Positions 16,953 to 26,260 of a stretch of DNA of 64,000 nucleotides are shown here, piece by piece. Under the pieces are notes generated by a model. It was not told the origin of the DNA and ran no database searches. It saw only the letters and a program-made list of their open reading frames with translations. The stretch comes from Dehalococcoidia bacterium (GTDB lineage Bacteria > Chloroflexota > Dehalococcoidia > Lucifugimonadales > Lucifugimonadaceae): assembly GCA_034421215.1 (NCBI GenBank), contig DAOUKO010000019.1:23486-87485 (forward strand), in the 5' to 3' direction. A program made the translations under genes and the position numbers. Within the stretch, counting starts at the first letter, position 1. The number at the start of each line of letters is the position of its first letter.

Positions 16953-19196
16953 ATGACTATTTCGAGCGAATGGCTTGCCAGGAAATCCGCCAGGCGGCCC
17001 TGGCTGGTCGTCGCAATCTGGGTCGCGGCCGCCATCGTGTCTTCCGTGCTGTGGTTCGAATTGATCGACTCCGGCACCACGAACGGGCGAGGCCAATTCA
17101 CCGTGGAACCGGAGGCGGCCAAGGCTCAACGGTTGTTGGTGGAGAACGGCCTGAGGGACGAACGCCGCGAGACGGAGATCGTGGTGATACGCCAAGACTC
17201 TCTGACCGTTGACGACCCGCAGTTCAGGGACTTCATCGACAAGGTCCACGGCGAAATCCTGTCCCTCGATCACGACCCTGAAAGGCCGGTCCTGCACAAC
17301 CCTTACGCCATTCCCAACCTGAACCTGCTTCCGCAAGCGACGGCGGCCCAGCTCACCGCTTCGGACGGCAAGGGGACGATCATCCCGGTCACGCTCGCAG
17401 ACTCGGCAGGCGCCGGTGGCGTTCTGGAAATCGCCGAATCCAACTCGACTGGTGGATTCGATGTCTCAGTGGCCGGAGAAGCCGCAGTTGATGAGGACTT
17501 CAGGAAAATCGCTGAAAGGGACCTGATCCAGGGTGAGACGATCGGGGTTGGGATTGCCGTCGTCATCCTGCTGCTGGTGTTCAGGGCCTTGGGGTCCACC
17601 TGGATTCCCGTGATCCTGGCCGCGATGGGTATCGCCATCGCCACCGGCACGGTGGCGCTGATCGGACAGTTCTACAAGAACATCCCGTTCCTGGTCACCA
17701 ACTTCATAACGATGATTGGGCTGGCCGTCGGCATCGACTACGCGCTGTTCATAGTGGCGCGCTTCAAAGAGGAACGCGGCAAGGGGCTGGGAATAGAAGA
17801 GGCGATTGGGCGGTCTGGAGCCACGGCAAATCGCGCCGTCTTCTTCTCAGGGATCATCGTCGTGGTCGCCCTCGCGGGCATGTTGATAGTGCCTGCGACG
17901 GTCTTCCTGGGAATGGCGCTGGGGGCAATACTCGTCGTCGCCGTGACGGTCCTTGCTTCACTCACCTTCCTGCCGGCGGTGTTGAGACTCCTCGGAGACA
18001 AGGTGTACGCCTGGAAAATCCCGGACCTTCAGATCAAGGGGTTCAAGGGCGACATCAGCCTGGGCGGTTTCTGGGACTGGGTCACCGGGAGGGTGCTGAG
18101 GCGGCCGGTGATTCACTTGATCGGTGTTGCCGCGGTGCTCATCGCCCTGGCGATTCCGTACTTCGACATAAATATCGGCTTCAACGGTGTAGAGACTCTG
18201 CCTGACGATTCCAGCTCGAAGGGCGCGTTCGCCTACCTGCAGGAGGAATTTCCCGAGGCGCTGGGGACCTTGTCCTCGATTGACATCGTCGTCGACGGCG
18301 ACGCCTCTTCACAGCAGGTGCGGGACGGCATCGACATTTTGTCCAACTCGATCGGCTCAGTCCCGGCGCTGGACGATCCCCTGCCGTACGTCGTTAGCGA
18401 AGACGGCGAAGTGGGGGTGCTGCAAATCCCGCTGACTGTGTCGGACGACTCCAACGAAGCCAACGCCGCAGTCGAGGAACTGCGCGAGCGCCTGATTCCC
18501 ATGTCCGGTCTGCCGGGAGGAGTCTTGATCGGCGGCGCGACCGCGATAAACGTAGCGTTCTTCGACCTGGTCTCGATGTGGACTCCCATAGTTATCGGCA
18601 TCGTGCTGGCCGTGAGCTTCGTACTGCTCCTCTTCGTGTTCAGGTCGATACTGGTCCCCGTCAAGGCCATCCTCATGAACCTGCTCTCCGTGGGCGCGGC
18701 CTACGGGCTGTTGGTGATCGTCTTTCAGAAGGGTTTCGGGGCCGACCTTTTCGGCTTTACACAGGTCCAGTTCGTAGAGGCATGGGTACCGCTGTTCCTG
18801 TTCACGATCCTGTTCGGACTCTCGATGGACTACGAGGTCTTCCTGCTCAGCAGGATCCGGGAGCGGTTCGACCAGACCGGCAAGAACGACGAGTCCATAG
18901 CGTTCGGGCTGCGCTCCACGTCAGCCATCATCACCGGCGCCGCCCTCATCATGGTCGCGGTCTTCATGGGATTTGCGGTCGGCGACCTGGCCACGTTCCA
19001 GCAATTCGGCTTTGGACTGGCCATCGCGATCCTCGTGGACGCGACGATCATACGGTCGGTCCTGGTACCGGCCAGCATGAAGCTCCTGGGGGACAGGAAC
19101 TGGTATCTGCCCGGTTTCCTCAGGTGGATCCCAGACCTGAGAGTGCACCCGGCCGAAGACAAACTGTCGCCTGAAGGCAACGGCCACGCGGACTGA
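16953..19196 (+). CDS. MMPL-family (RND superfamily) membrane transporter
   Basis: 747 aa with two 6-TM bundles (GIDYALFIVARFKEE, GLSMDYEVFLLSRIRE), each preceded by a large extracytoplasmic domain. Confidence 0.9.
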   Translation: MTISSEWLARKSARRPWLVVAIWVAAAIVSSVLWFELIDSGTTNGRGQFTVEPEAAKAQRLLVENGLRDERRETEIVVIRQDSLTVDDPQFRDFIDKVHGEILSLDHDPERPVLHNPYAIPNLNLLPQATAAQLTASDGKGTIIPVTLADSAGAGGVLEIAESNSTGGFDVSVAGEAAVDEDFRKIAERDLIQGETIGVGIAVVILLLVFRALGSTWIPVILAAMGIAIATGTVALIGQFYKNIPFLVTNFITMIGLAVGIDYALFIVARFKEERGKGLGIEEAIGRSGATANRAVFFSGIIVVVALAGMLIVPATVFLGMALGAILVVAVTVLASLTFLPAVLRLLGDKVYAWKIPDLQIKGFKGDISLGGFWDWVTGRVLRRPVIHLIGVAAVLIALAIPYFDINIGFNGVETLPDDSSSKGAFAYLQEEFPEALGTLSSIDIVVDGDASSQQVRDGIDILSNSIGSVPALDDPLPYVVSEDGEVGVLQIPLTVSDDSNEANAAVEELRERLIPMSGLPGGVLIGGATAINVAFFDLVSMWTPIVIGIVLAVSFVLLLFVFRSILVPVKAILMNLLSVGAAYGLLVIVFQKGFGADLFGFTQVQFVEAWVPLFLFTILFGLSMDYEVFLLSRIRERFDQTGKNDESIAFGLRSTSAIITGAALIMVAVFMGFAVGDLATFQQFGFGLAIAILVDATIIRSVLVPASMKLLGDRNWYLPGFLRWIPDLRVHPAEDKLSPEGNGHAD

Positions 19197-19201
19197 CCCG
19201 G

Positions 19202-21667
19202 TTAGCGGAGTTCGACGACCGTTACCCCGTTGCCGCCGCGATATGCCGGCGCTGGGCCGAAACCAACTACGTGCGGCGATGAGGCCAGCAACTCCCTGAC
19301 CGCTTGCCTCAACGCGCCGGTGCCGGCGCCATGGAGAATCTCGCACTTTTCCATGCCGTTCAGTGAACAGCGGTCGACGTACCGGCCCACCTCGATCTCG
19401 GCGTCGTCGACGCGGTAGCCGCGCACGTCGAGCCTGTCCGTGTCTGACGGACTGGGGTTCGCGTCAACCTTGACGTCGACAGGCGGTTCCTCAGGCCGGT
19501 CCTCCGCTTCTTCCAGAACCCGGAGTTGGTTCGCAGACAACTGGATCCTGGCGTTCCCCATCCTCAGGTCTGCCGTACCGTCGTTGTGTACGGCCAACAC
19601 GTTTGCCGTGATGTTCAGGCCCTTGATCTCGACGAGGTCGCCCTGCTGCACTCCCCTGCTTTTGGGACCGTCGGCGCCGTCGGGCTGCCCTCCGGCCATC
19701 TCCTTCGCCTCGTCCACTCCGGCGATGGGAAACCACGTGGGATCGCTGATTCTCTGCCGGATTCTGGTGACCGCGCGTTGCGCTTCAGCCGGTGTCGCGT
19801 CGCGCCTCGCCTCGGCTGCGATGCGCCGCAGTTCCTTGCGGGTGGCGTCTGCGTCCCTGCGGAGTTCCGACCGCGTTCGTTCCACCAGGTCCTCCTGCCG
19901 GCGCACGACGGCGTTCAGGCGTCGTTGTAAATCGACTCGCGCCGCCGCCGCACTTGCCAACTCCTCCTGGGTCTTTACGGCCGCGTCCCTTAGCTCGTTG
20001 CGCTCCTTTTGCAGTTGGTCGAGCAGCCGTTCGGCCTCTATGTGCCCCTCATCCAGCATCTGGCGCGCCTCGGTCAAGATCTCTTCCGAAAGTCCGAGGA
20101 TGGACGCTACGTTCAGGGCGTAGCTGCGCCCCGGTATGCCGGTGACGAGGTGGTAAGTGGGCAGCATGGATTTCGGGTCGAGTTCGACCGAGGCGTTTAC
20201 GGCCCCTTCCATGGTGGTCGCAAACTCGGCGACGGCCCGGTGGTGAGTGGTGATAGCAGTCGGAATGCCGCGCACCAACAGGTGGGAGAGAATCGAACGC
20301 GCCAACGCCGAGCCCTCGTCGGGGTCGGTCCCCGTCCCCAGTTCGTCCAGCAGGACAAGGGACCCGGGGCCCGCTTCGCCAAGTATGCGCACGACGTTGC
20401 CCATGTGCGACGAGAATGTCGACACCGAACGTTCGATGCTCTGCGCGTCTCCAATATCTGCGTAGACGCCGTCGAAGACCGCGAAAGCCGTTCCCGTCAA
20501 GGCCGGCACCTGCATCCCGCACTGGTGCATCAGGGCAAAGAGGCCAATGGTCTTGAGCGCCACCGTTTTCCCGCCCGTGTTCGGCCCTGTTATCACGAGG
20601 CCTTTGTACCCCGGGCCTATCGACACGTTGACTGGCACGGCGTCTGCGCCCAGGAGCGGATGGCGTGCGCCGTAGAGCCGTATCGCAACGTCGTCCCCAT
20701 CGGGCAAAGACTCCGCCCTGATGCCATTCATGGTCGCAGCAAGCCGGGCCCGGGCCACAATCAGGTCGAGGTCAGCCGCGGCCTCCAGGGAATAAATCGC
20801 TTCCTGCTCGCGGCCGCCGATGATCCTCGAAAGCCTGATGAGCACCCGTTCCTCTTCCCGCTGGGCCTCGGCCGCAAGTTCACGCCACGAGTTGCATGGT
20901 TCGACGGCGCGGAACGGTTCGACGAATATCGTGGCGCCGGTCTTGGACACGTCGTGGACGATGCCGGGCACGTCTTCGCGGTGACCTGACTTGACCTCCA
21001 GCACCAGCCTGTCGCCGCGCGCCGCGATCGCCGACGACTGGAGCGCCGCGCGAATGGTCGGCCGGGCCGTCATTCTTTCCAGTAGGTTCAACAGTCGCTG
21101 GTACGCACGTGCGGCTCTCTTCCGGAGCGGTCCGAGCCGCGGGGTTGCGTCATCGCGCACGTCACCGGTGTCCGCAAGGGACTGCTTGATGCGATCGGAG
21201 ATCTGCCGCAGGTCTGGGATTTCACCCGCCAGGTCCTCGAGCCGGGGCGCCCTGCCCTTCATTGAGTTGACCACCGACCTTGCCAGCCAGATGGACTCGA
21301 GGACGTTCACGGTCTGCATCAACTCGGCGCCGGTGAGCATCCCGCCCAGCGCGGCGCGGCGCAGCAGCGGCCGCGGGTCCTCCATACCGCCCAGGCCTAT
21401 GTCCCCAACCGTGTCGAGCATCAGGCGCGCTTCGGCCGTCTCCGATTGCAGGCGTTCGACGTCTTCCACCCTGGTCTGTGGGACGGTTGCCAGGGCCAGC
21501 TCGTGTGACAGGAAGAAGCGGGTATTGCCGGCGAGCTTCTCGGTGATGCTCGGGAACTCGACCAGCTCCCGGGCCAGGGCGCGCAGATCTGTCGCCGGGC
21601 CTGGCGCATTGGCGCCTTCATCCGGCACCTGGTCTTGTCCCTCTCGTTCCTGTCGTTCGGTTACCAC
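19202..21667 (-). CDS. mutS2: Endonuclease MutS2
   Basis: 821 aa. MutS ATPase Walker A (ITGPNTGGKTV), LLDELGTGTDP, a long coiled-coil and a C-terminal Smr domain (ILHGAGTGALRQAVRELL). Confidence 0.9.
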   Translation of the reverse strand: MVTERQEREGQDQVPDEGANAPGPATDLRALARELVEFPSITEKLAGNTRFFLSHELALATVPQTRVEDVERLQSETAEARLMLDTVGDIGLGGMEDPRPLLRRAALGGMLTGAELMQTVNVLESIWLARSVVNSMKGRAPRLEDLAGEIPDLRQISDRIKQSLADTGDVRDDATPRLGPLRKRAARAYQRLLNLLERMTARPTIRAALQSSAIAARGDRLVLEVKSGHREDVPGIVHDVSKTGATIFVEPFRAVEPCNSWRELAAEAQREEERVLIRLSRIIGGREQEAIYSLEAAADLDLIVARARLAATMNGIRAESLPDGDDVAIRLYGARHPLLGADAVPVNVSIGPGYKGLVITGPNTGGKTVALKTIGLFALMHQCGMQVPALTGTAFAVFDGVYADIGDAQSIERSVSTFSSHMGNVVRILGEAGPGSLVLLDELGTGTDPDEGSALARSILSHLLVRGIPTAITTHHRAVAEFATTMEGAVNASVELDPKSMLPTYHLVTGIPGRSYALNVASILGLSEEILTEARQMLDEGHIEAERLLDQLQKERNELRDAAVKTQEELASAAAARVDLQRRLNAVVRRQEDLVERTRSELRRDADATRKELRRIAAEARRDATPAEAQRAVTRIRQRISDPTWFPIAGVDEAKEMAGGQPDGADGPKSRGVQQGDLVEIKGLNITANVLAVHNDGTADLRMGNARIQLSANQLRVLEEAEDRPEEPPVDVKVDANPSPSDTDRLDVRGYRVDDAEIEVGRYVDRCSLNGMEKCEILHGAGTGALRQAVRELLASSPHVVGFGPAPAYRGGNGVTVVELR

Positions 21668-21761
21668 GGTCCAATTTTAGTACCGGCAGTACGTCACCGA
21701 AGAATCCGACCTGCAATATCGAAGGCCGAGAGGGGGCATAGGCCCACAGCAGGGTTCGGAA

Positions 21762-22685
21762 TCAGCGCCCGAGCATGTCACCCGCGCGCAGGCCAGCTCC
21801 TGCCGACCACTCCGCGGCAGGCGTTTTGCGCTGACCTTTTGCCTGCACCCGCTTCACCCGTATCCGGCCGCCGGTTGCCGCGATCTCGATACCGTCGTCA
21901 GTGACGGCGGTCACGGTGCCGGGTTCCGCTTCCGGGCCAGTCGCAAGCATCTCGGAGTCGAACAGCCTGAGCGTCTCGCCGCGATGGGTCGTGTGCGCGC
22001 CGGGCCGCGGGTTCGAGCCGCGGATGAGGTTGTAGATCTGGCCGGCCGGTTTTTCCCAGTCGACTCGCGCGTCCTCGTCCGTGCACCACCCTTCGTAGGT
22101 AGCCTGCGACTCATCCTGGACGATCCGCGGGGCCTCGCCTCGCCTCACGAGTTCGACCGACTCCACCATCGCCTCCACCCCGAGCGGAAACAACTGTTGA
22201 AAGTAGAGCGATCCCAGGGTGTCGTCCGGGCCAATCGGGACGTGTTTTTGCAACAAGATCGGCCCGGTGTCCAGGCCGTCGTCAGGCCAGAAGATGGTCA
22301 GCCCTGTCTCCGTTTCGCCGAAGATGATGGGCCAGTTGATCGAACTAGGCCCGCGGTGCCTTGGCAGCAACGAAGGGTGGTACTGAATAGTCCCAAGGCG
22401 AGGAGCCTCGAGGATTTCCGAAGCCACAAAGTCAGTCACGAAGGCCATCACACACAGATCGGCGTCGAGCGACCTGAATTCCCTGATGGCCCTGGCGCTT
22501 CGCATACGCCGGGGTTGATAGACGTTGACATCCAATTCACCTGCGGCGGACTTGATCGGATCGACTGGTCTGCCCTCCCGGTCCGGCGGGCAAAAGACGC
22601 CAACAATGTCATCAGCGCCGTTTTCGGCAAGTGCTCGCAGTACAGCTTCGCCAAACGCGGATTGGCCAATGAGTGCGATTCGCAT
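21762..22685 (-). CDS. fmt: Methionyl-tRNA formyltransferase-like formyltransferase
   Basis: MRIALIGQSAFG N-terminus, HPSLLPRHRGPSSINW formyltransferase motif and an Fmt-type C-terminal domain. No adjacent def gene, so the exact substrate is uncertain. Confidence 0.65.
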   Translation of the reverse strand: MRIALIGQSAFGEAVLRALAENGADDIVGVFCPPDREGRPVDPIKSAAGELDVNVYQPRRMRSARAIREFRSLDADLCVMAFVTDFVASEILEAPRLGTIQYHPSLLPRHRGPSSINWPIIFGETETGLTIFWPDDGLDTGPILLQKHVPIGPDDTLGSLYFQQLFPLGVEAMVESVELVRRGEAPRIVQDESQATYEGWCTDEDARVDWEKPAGQIYNLIRGSNPRPGAHTTHRGETLRLFDSEMLATGPEAEPGTVTAVTDDGIEIAATGGRIRVKRVQAKGQRKTPAAEWSAGAGLRAGDMLGR

Positions 22686-22781
22686 GATTTCAACCTTTCA
22701 ATAGTCACAGGTTTGCCGGTAACGCGCCTACGCCTTGCGGGCCAAGTCACACGTGCTTCCGAACGGAGCCGAGGGATCATT

Positions 22782-22930
22782 ATGGCCTTGTGAAGGTCGC
22801 ACGAGGTGATGAAAGTGGGGCGAGGATGTTTGGTGGTGTCGTGGGTTTGGGTGATAGCCGCGCCTATGCACCACACCATGGGTACCGGATCGGGGTCCGG
22901 CATGACGGGGTGGGGGTGCCGGGGGTTTAG
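22782..22930 (+). repeat. Structured intergenic repeat, copy C
   Basis: Starts ATGGCCTTGTGAAGGTCGCACGAGGTGATGAAAGTGGGG (compare copy B). Contains ATGGGTACCGGATCGGGGTCCGGCA at 22878-22902, identical to 63871-63895. A degenerate G-rich tail continues to about 23060. Confidence 0.65.
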
Positions 22931-23086
22931 TCTGGGGGATCAGGGTGGTTGTTGGATGGGCGGGAGGTCCTTCGCTGCGCTCGAGGACGACATGAAGAGG
23001 GGGTGGGGTGGTGATATGGCATTGAGGAGGCCGAACGAGGCGATGATAGCGAGATGTTGCTCGCCGGCGGTGGACCCCATTTGGAC

Positions 23087-23776
23087 CTACCGGGAATGCA
23101 CCCCGTTACCGGTCAGGCAGAGGTCCTGCAAGGGACAGCCCGGGCACTGAGGCGTCTTCTTGCACGTACGGGAACCGTGGGCGTCCAGCAGCGCGTGGTA
23201 CTCGTTGAACAATGCGGCGTCGGCGGGTAGCAGGTCGGCAAACAGGCGTTGGTAATCGGCGTATTTCGCGCCGCCCGTCTTCCAGCCGAGCCGGTCGACG
23301 ATCCGCTTCGTATAGGTGTCGACCACGAACGACGGCTTCCCTGCGGCGTACAACACAATGTCATCCGCCGTCTCCTCTCCGACTCCCCAGATGCTCAACA
23401 GCTTTTGCCGCAGTTCAGGCAGGTCCAGCGACAACAAGCCCTCCAATGAGCCGCCGTATTCTTCCACCACGACTCCGGCGAACACCTGCAGCTTGCGCGC
23501 CTTGGTGTTGTAGTACCCGGACGGCCTGATGACTTCGGCCAACTTGTCGCGGTCCGCCTGCAGCACCGCCTCGAAGCTCCACAGTCCGGCCGATCGCATG
23601 TTGGCCAGGGCCTTTTCGACGTTCTTCCACGCGGTGTTCTGGGTGAGGATGGCGCCTACGATAACTTCAAACGGCCCGTCCCCGGGCCACCAGTTTCGCG
23701 GCCCGTACGCGGTGTGAAGCCGTTCGTAAACGGTCATCAGATCTGCGTGCGTGGGTGTTGCTAATTCGATGCTCAT
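23087..23776 (-). CDS. Endonuclease III-related HhH-GPD DNA glycosylase domain protein
   Basis: ILTQNTAWKNVEKA, an HhH-GPD region (WGVGEETADDIVLYA) and a C-terminal CKKTPQCPGCPLQDLC Fe-S cluster loop (C-x6-C-x2-C-x5-C). Confidence 0.8.
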   Translation of the reverse strand: MSIELATPTHADLMTVYERLHTAYGPRNWWPGDGPFEVIVGAILTQNTAWKNVEKALANMRSAGLWSFEAVLQADRDKLAEVIRPSGYYNTKARKLQVFAGVVVEEYGGSLEGLLSLDLPELRQKLLSIWGVGEETADDIVLYAAGKPSFVVDTYTKRIVDRLGWKTGGAKYADYQRLFADLLPADAALFNEYHALLDAHGSRTCKKTPQCPGCPLQDLCLTGNGVHSR

Positions 23777-23868
23777 ATGGGTCCCGGCGCCATTCTCCGG
23801 CGTGTGGGAATAGGCCAGAATATACTAGGAGAGACCGGCGCGAGCCCCCGGCACAACGCGTTGAAGGG

Positions 23869-24738
23869 ATGGGCATGAACGCTTTTTTCGATCGGCTGGA
23901 TTCACAGCAGGCAGCGGCCCGCAGCCTCGTATGCGTGGGCCTGGATCCCGACCCGAACCTGATGCCGGTGCAGGACATCTTCGACTTCAATCGCGCCATC
24001 GTGGACGCCACAGCCGACCAGGTCTGCGCATTCAAGCCGCAGTTGGCCTTCTTTGAGGCAAAAGGTTCGACGGGAATCGCCGCGTTGGAGGAAACGGTCG
24101 CCTACATCCGGTCGCAGGCGCCGGGCGTCCTGATCATTGGGGACGCAAAGCGAGGGGATATCGGGGAAGTCGCGGCTGCATACGCAAAAGGGCTCTTCGA
24201 GACATGGGGTTTCGACGCCGCCACGGTAAACCCCTACCAGGGCGCGGACACCATAGAGCCGTTCTTGCGGCATTCGGGCAAGGGCATATTCGTGGTGTGC
24301 CGCACATCAAATCCCAGTTCCAGCCAATTCCAGGACCTGGTCTTGTCGAACGGCATGGGTGAGACCACCCTTTACGGATTCGTAGCCAAGGCGGCGAATT
24401 CCTGGGACGAGTCCGGCGGAGTCGGCATCGTGGTCGGCGCAACGGCCCCTGGTGAATTACGGAAACTGCGCCTCGATCACCCTGAACTCACGTTCCTGGT
24501 GCCAGGCGTGGGCGCACAGGGCGGCGACGTGAAGAAGGCGGTCCACGCGGGAATCAACTGTTCTGGTAGGGGGCTGGTGATCAACTCATCGAGGGGCATC
24601 ATCTACGCGTCCCGCAGGCGCACCGATTTCGCGGGAGCCGCTCGCGACGCTGCGAAGAGGTTGAATTCGACGGTGAATTCCGCCGTAGAGGAAACCCTGG
24701 CGGCCCGCTCAACGTCTAACAACCATGAGCCCGGTTGA
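23869..24738 (+). CDS. pyrF: Orotidine 5'-phosphate decarboxylase (type 2)
   Basis: LVCVGLDPD and [11 protein letters not shown] motifs. Start taken at MGMNAFF (23869 or 23875) rather than the track start 23755. Confidence 0.85.
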   Translation: MGMNAFFDRLDSQQAAARSLVCVGLDPDPNLMPVQDIFDFNRAIVDATADQVCAFKPQLAFFEAKGSTGIAALEETVAYIRSQAPGVLIIGDAKRGDIGEVAAAYAKGLFETWGFDAATVNPYQGADTIEPFLRHSGKGIFVVCRTSNPSSSQFQDLVLSNGMGETTLYGFVAKAANSWDESGGVGIVVGATAPGELRKLRLDHPELTFLVPGVGAQGGDVKKAVHAGINCSGRGLVINSSRGIIYASRRRTDFAGAARDAAKRLNSTVNSAVEETLAARSTSNNHEPG

Positions 24739-24958
24739 GCGAACGGCTTTCGCGCCGGGCGATCGGCTGACCCTCAGGAAGAAGCACCCCTGCGGAGGCA
24801 GGGAATGGGACGTGTACCGCATCGGCATGGACATCGGACTGAAGTGCACCACGTGCGGCCGGCGAGTGATGTTGAGCCGGCGTACCGTCGAGTTGCGGAC
24901 CCTCTCGCGCACGCCCGCCCAGTCAGTCCAGTCAGCGCCGGGCACAAACGACGCCTAA
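24725..24958 (+). CDS. DUF951-family small zinc-ribbon protein
   Basis: [34 protein letters not shown] matches my recollection of the DUF951 core. It overlaps the pyrF end by 14 nt. Confidence 0.6.
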   Translation: MSPVERTAFAPGDRLTLRKKHPCGGREWDVYRIGMDIGLKCTTCGRRVMLSRRTVELRTLSRTPAQSVQSAPGTNDA

Positions 24959-25128
24959 CGCGATCACAGTCGAGCCTTCGTCTCCCGTGAGCCCAGGGCC
25001 GCGGATGCGGGCTCAACCGTTAAACTAGCCCCCACCGTCGGCCCGATTCGCTTTCCGGCCAAATAGTGCGAGAATAGGCGGCGAGGCCGTCGGCGTTGAT
25101 CGACGGCGCGGCGCAAGGAGACTGGACC

Positions 25129-25707
25129 ATGATGGAGTTGGAAATCGACAGCATCAGGGTGAGCCTGCTGAACTACCAGCGCGTGGTGATTCTCAAAGAG
25201 AAAGAATCGGACCGGTATCTCCCAATCTGGATTGGCCCCAACGAAGCGGACGCCATAGCCATCAAGCTCCAGGAAGTGTCTGTGCCGCGCCCCCTCACTC
25301 ACGACCTGCTCCACAACGTGCTGGGAGAACTGGGCGCCGAGATCCAGCACATCCTGGTGTCCGGCCTGGACCACGAGACCTTCTTCGCCAAGATCATGGT
25401 CTCGTTCGGCGACAAGACGATCCCCATCGATTCCCGGCCGTCCGACGCCCTCGCCCTGGCCGTTCGCGCCCGGGTGCCGATATTCGCCGAGGAGGCCGTC
25501 CTGGCGAAGGCGGGTGTGAAGCTCGACCAGGAGACAGGCGGCACGATCATCGGTCAGGGGGCCGAGGGGTCAGAGGAGCACAGACACGCCCCGCTCAAGC
25601 CGGAAGAACTGGAAAAGATGTCTGCGTTCTCCGATTTCATCGAGACGCTGGACATGAAGGGCATCGGCGAAAGGGGCGACAAGCCCGAAGGCAAGGAAGG
25701 CAAGTAA
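25129..25707 (+). CDS. Bifunctional nuclease (BFN/DUF151) family protein
   Basis: MELEIDSIRVSLLNYQRVVILKEKESDRYLPIWIGPNEADAIA...PRPLTHDLL. AAGGAG lies upstream of ATG 25129. Confidence 0.8.
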   Translation: MMELEIDSIRVSLLNYQRVVILKEKESDRYLPIWIGPNEADAIAIKLQEVSVPRPLTHDLLHNVLGELGAEIQHILVSGLDHETFFAKIMVSFGDKTIPIDSRPSDALALAVRARVPIFAEEAVLAKAGVKLDQETGGTIIGQGAEGSEEHRHAPLKPEELEKMSAFSDFIETLDMKGIGERGDKPEGKEGK

Positions 25708-25756
25708 GGGCGCCGCAATAGTTCGCCGAAAACCAGGGAATCAATCAAGCGCGCAA

Positions 25757-25792
25757 GAGGCCCCGTCCAAGGACGGGGCCTCTCCCTTTTCT
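25757..25792 (+). terminator. Rho-independent terminator
   Basis: GAGGCCCCGTCC-AA-GGACGGGGCCTC is a perfect 12-bp stem, followed by TCCCTTTTCT. Confidence 0.7.
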
Positions 25793-25868
25793 GGCTCCAA
25801 AAGTACGTGAAACGGGACCCGCCCGAACTCCGCGGACACGGCGCCTGACAGGTTAGCCAAAACGAACT

Positions 25869-25886
25869 TTGTGATAAACTACGCAA
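25869..25886. promoter_or_regulatory. Candidate Rex operator at the head of the atp operon
   Basis: TTGTGATAAACTACGCAA compared with the Rex consensus TTGTGAAnnnnTTCACAA gives 11 of 14 specified positions. Confidence 0.3.
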
Positions 25887-26260
25887 TCGAATCCGGGAGG
25901 GGTCTTCCCCACTTGCCTGGCGAATTTGAACCGCTCAAATCGAAGAGCAAAAATGGTCGGTCCGGCGACGGCCATCAGGACGAATGGCCGAGTACCCTCG
26001 CCCTGATCTTGAGGCTCACCGGTATCGGCTGGTACGTCGCATTGTCGATAACCGCAGGAGCCTTTGCCGGGTGGTGGCTGGACGGCAGATTTAACACCGG
26101 ACCCGCGATAACGTTGGCTGGAACCGCGTTCGGAGTAATAGTTGCATTCACGGGCATGTTGCGGATGCTAAACGCCTTGAGCCGAGCATCCGACATTAGC
26201 CGTCGGCGCCAGACGGAGCGCACAGACGACGGAACTCGAAAAAGAGACTTGGGTCGGTGA
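25871..26260 (+). CDS. AtpZ/AtpI-like small membrane protein of the ATP synthase operon
   Basis: Two hydrophobic helices (LILRLTGIGWYVALSITAGAFAGWWLDGRF..., ITLAGTAFGVIVAFTGML) immediately upstream of, and overlapping, atpB. The true start is uncertain; an in-frame TTG lies near 25913 after GGGAGG. Confidence 0.55.
   Translation: MINYAIESGRGLPHLPGEFEPLKSKSKNGRSGDGHQDEWPSTLALILRLTGIGWYVALSITAGAFAGWWLDGRFNTGPAITLAGTAFGVIVAFTGMLRMLNALSRASDISRRRQTERTDDGTRKRDLGR

Noticed and set aside
20009-20989. 326-aa plus-strand ORF (and 19440..20123, 20991..21680) opposite mutS2
   Set aside because: They are shadow ORFs antisense to MutS2, and none has a motif.
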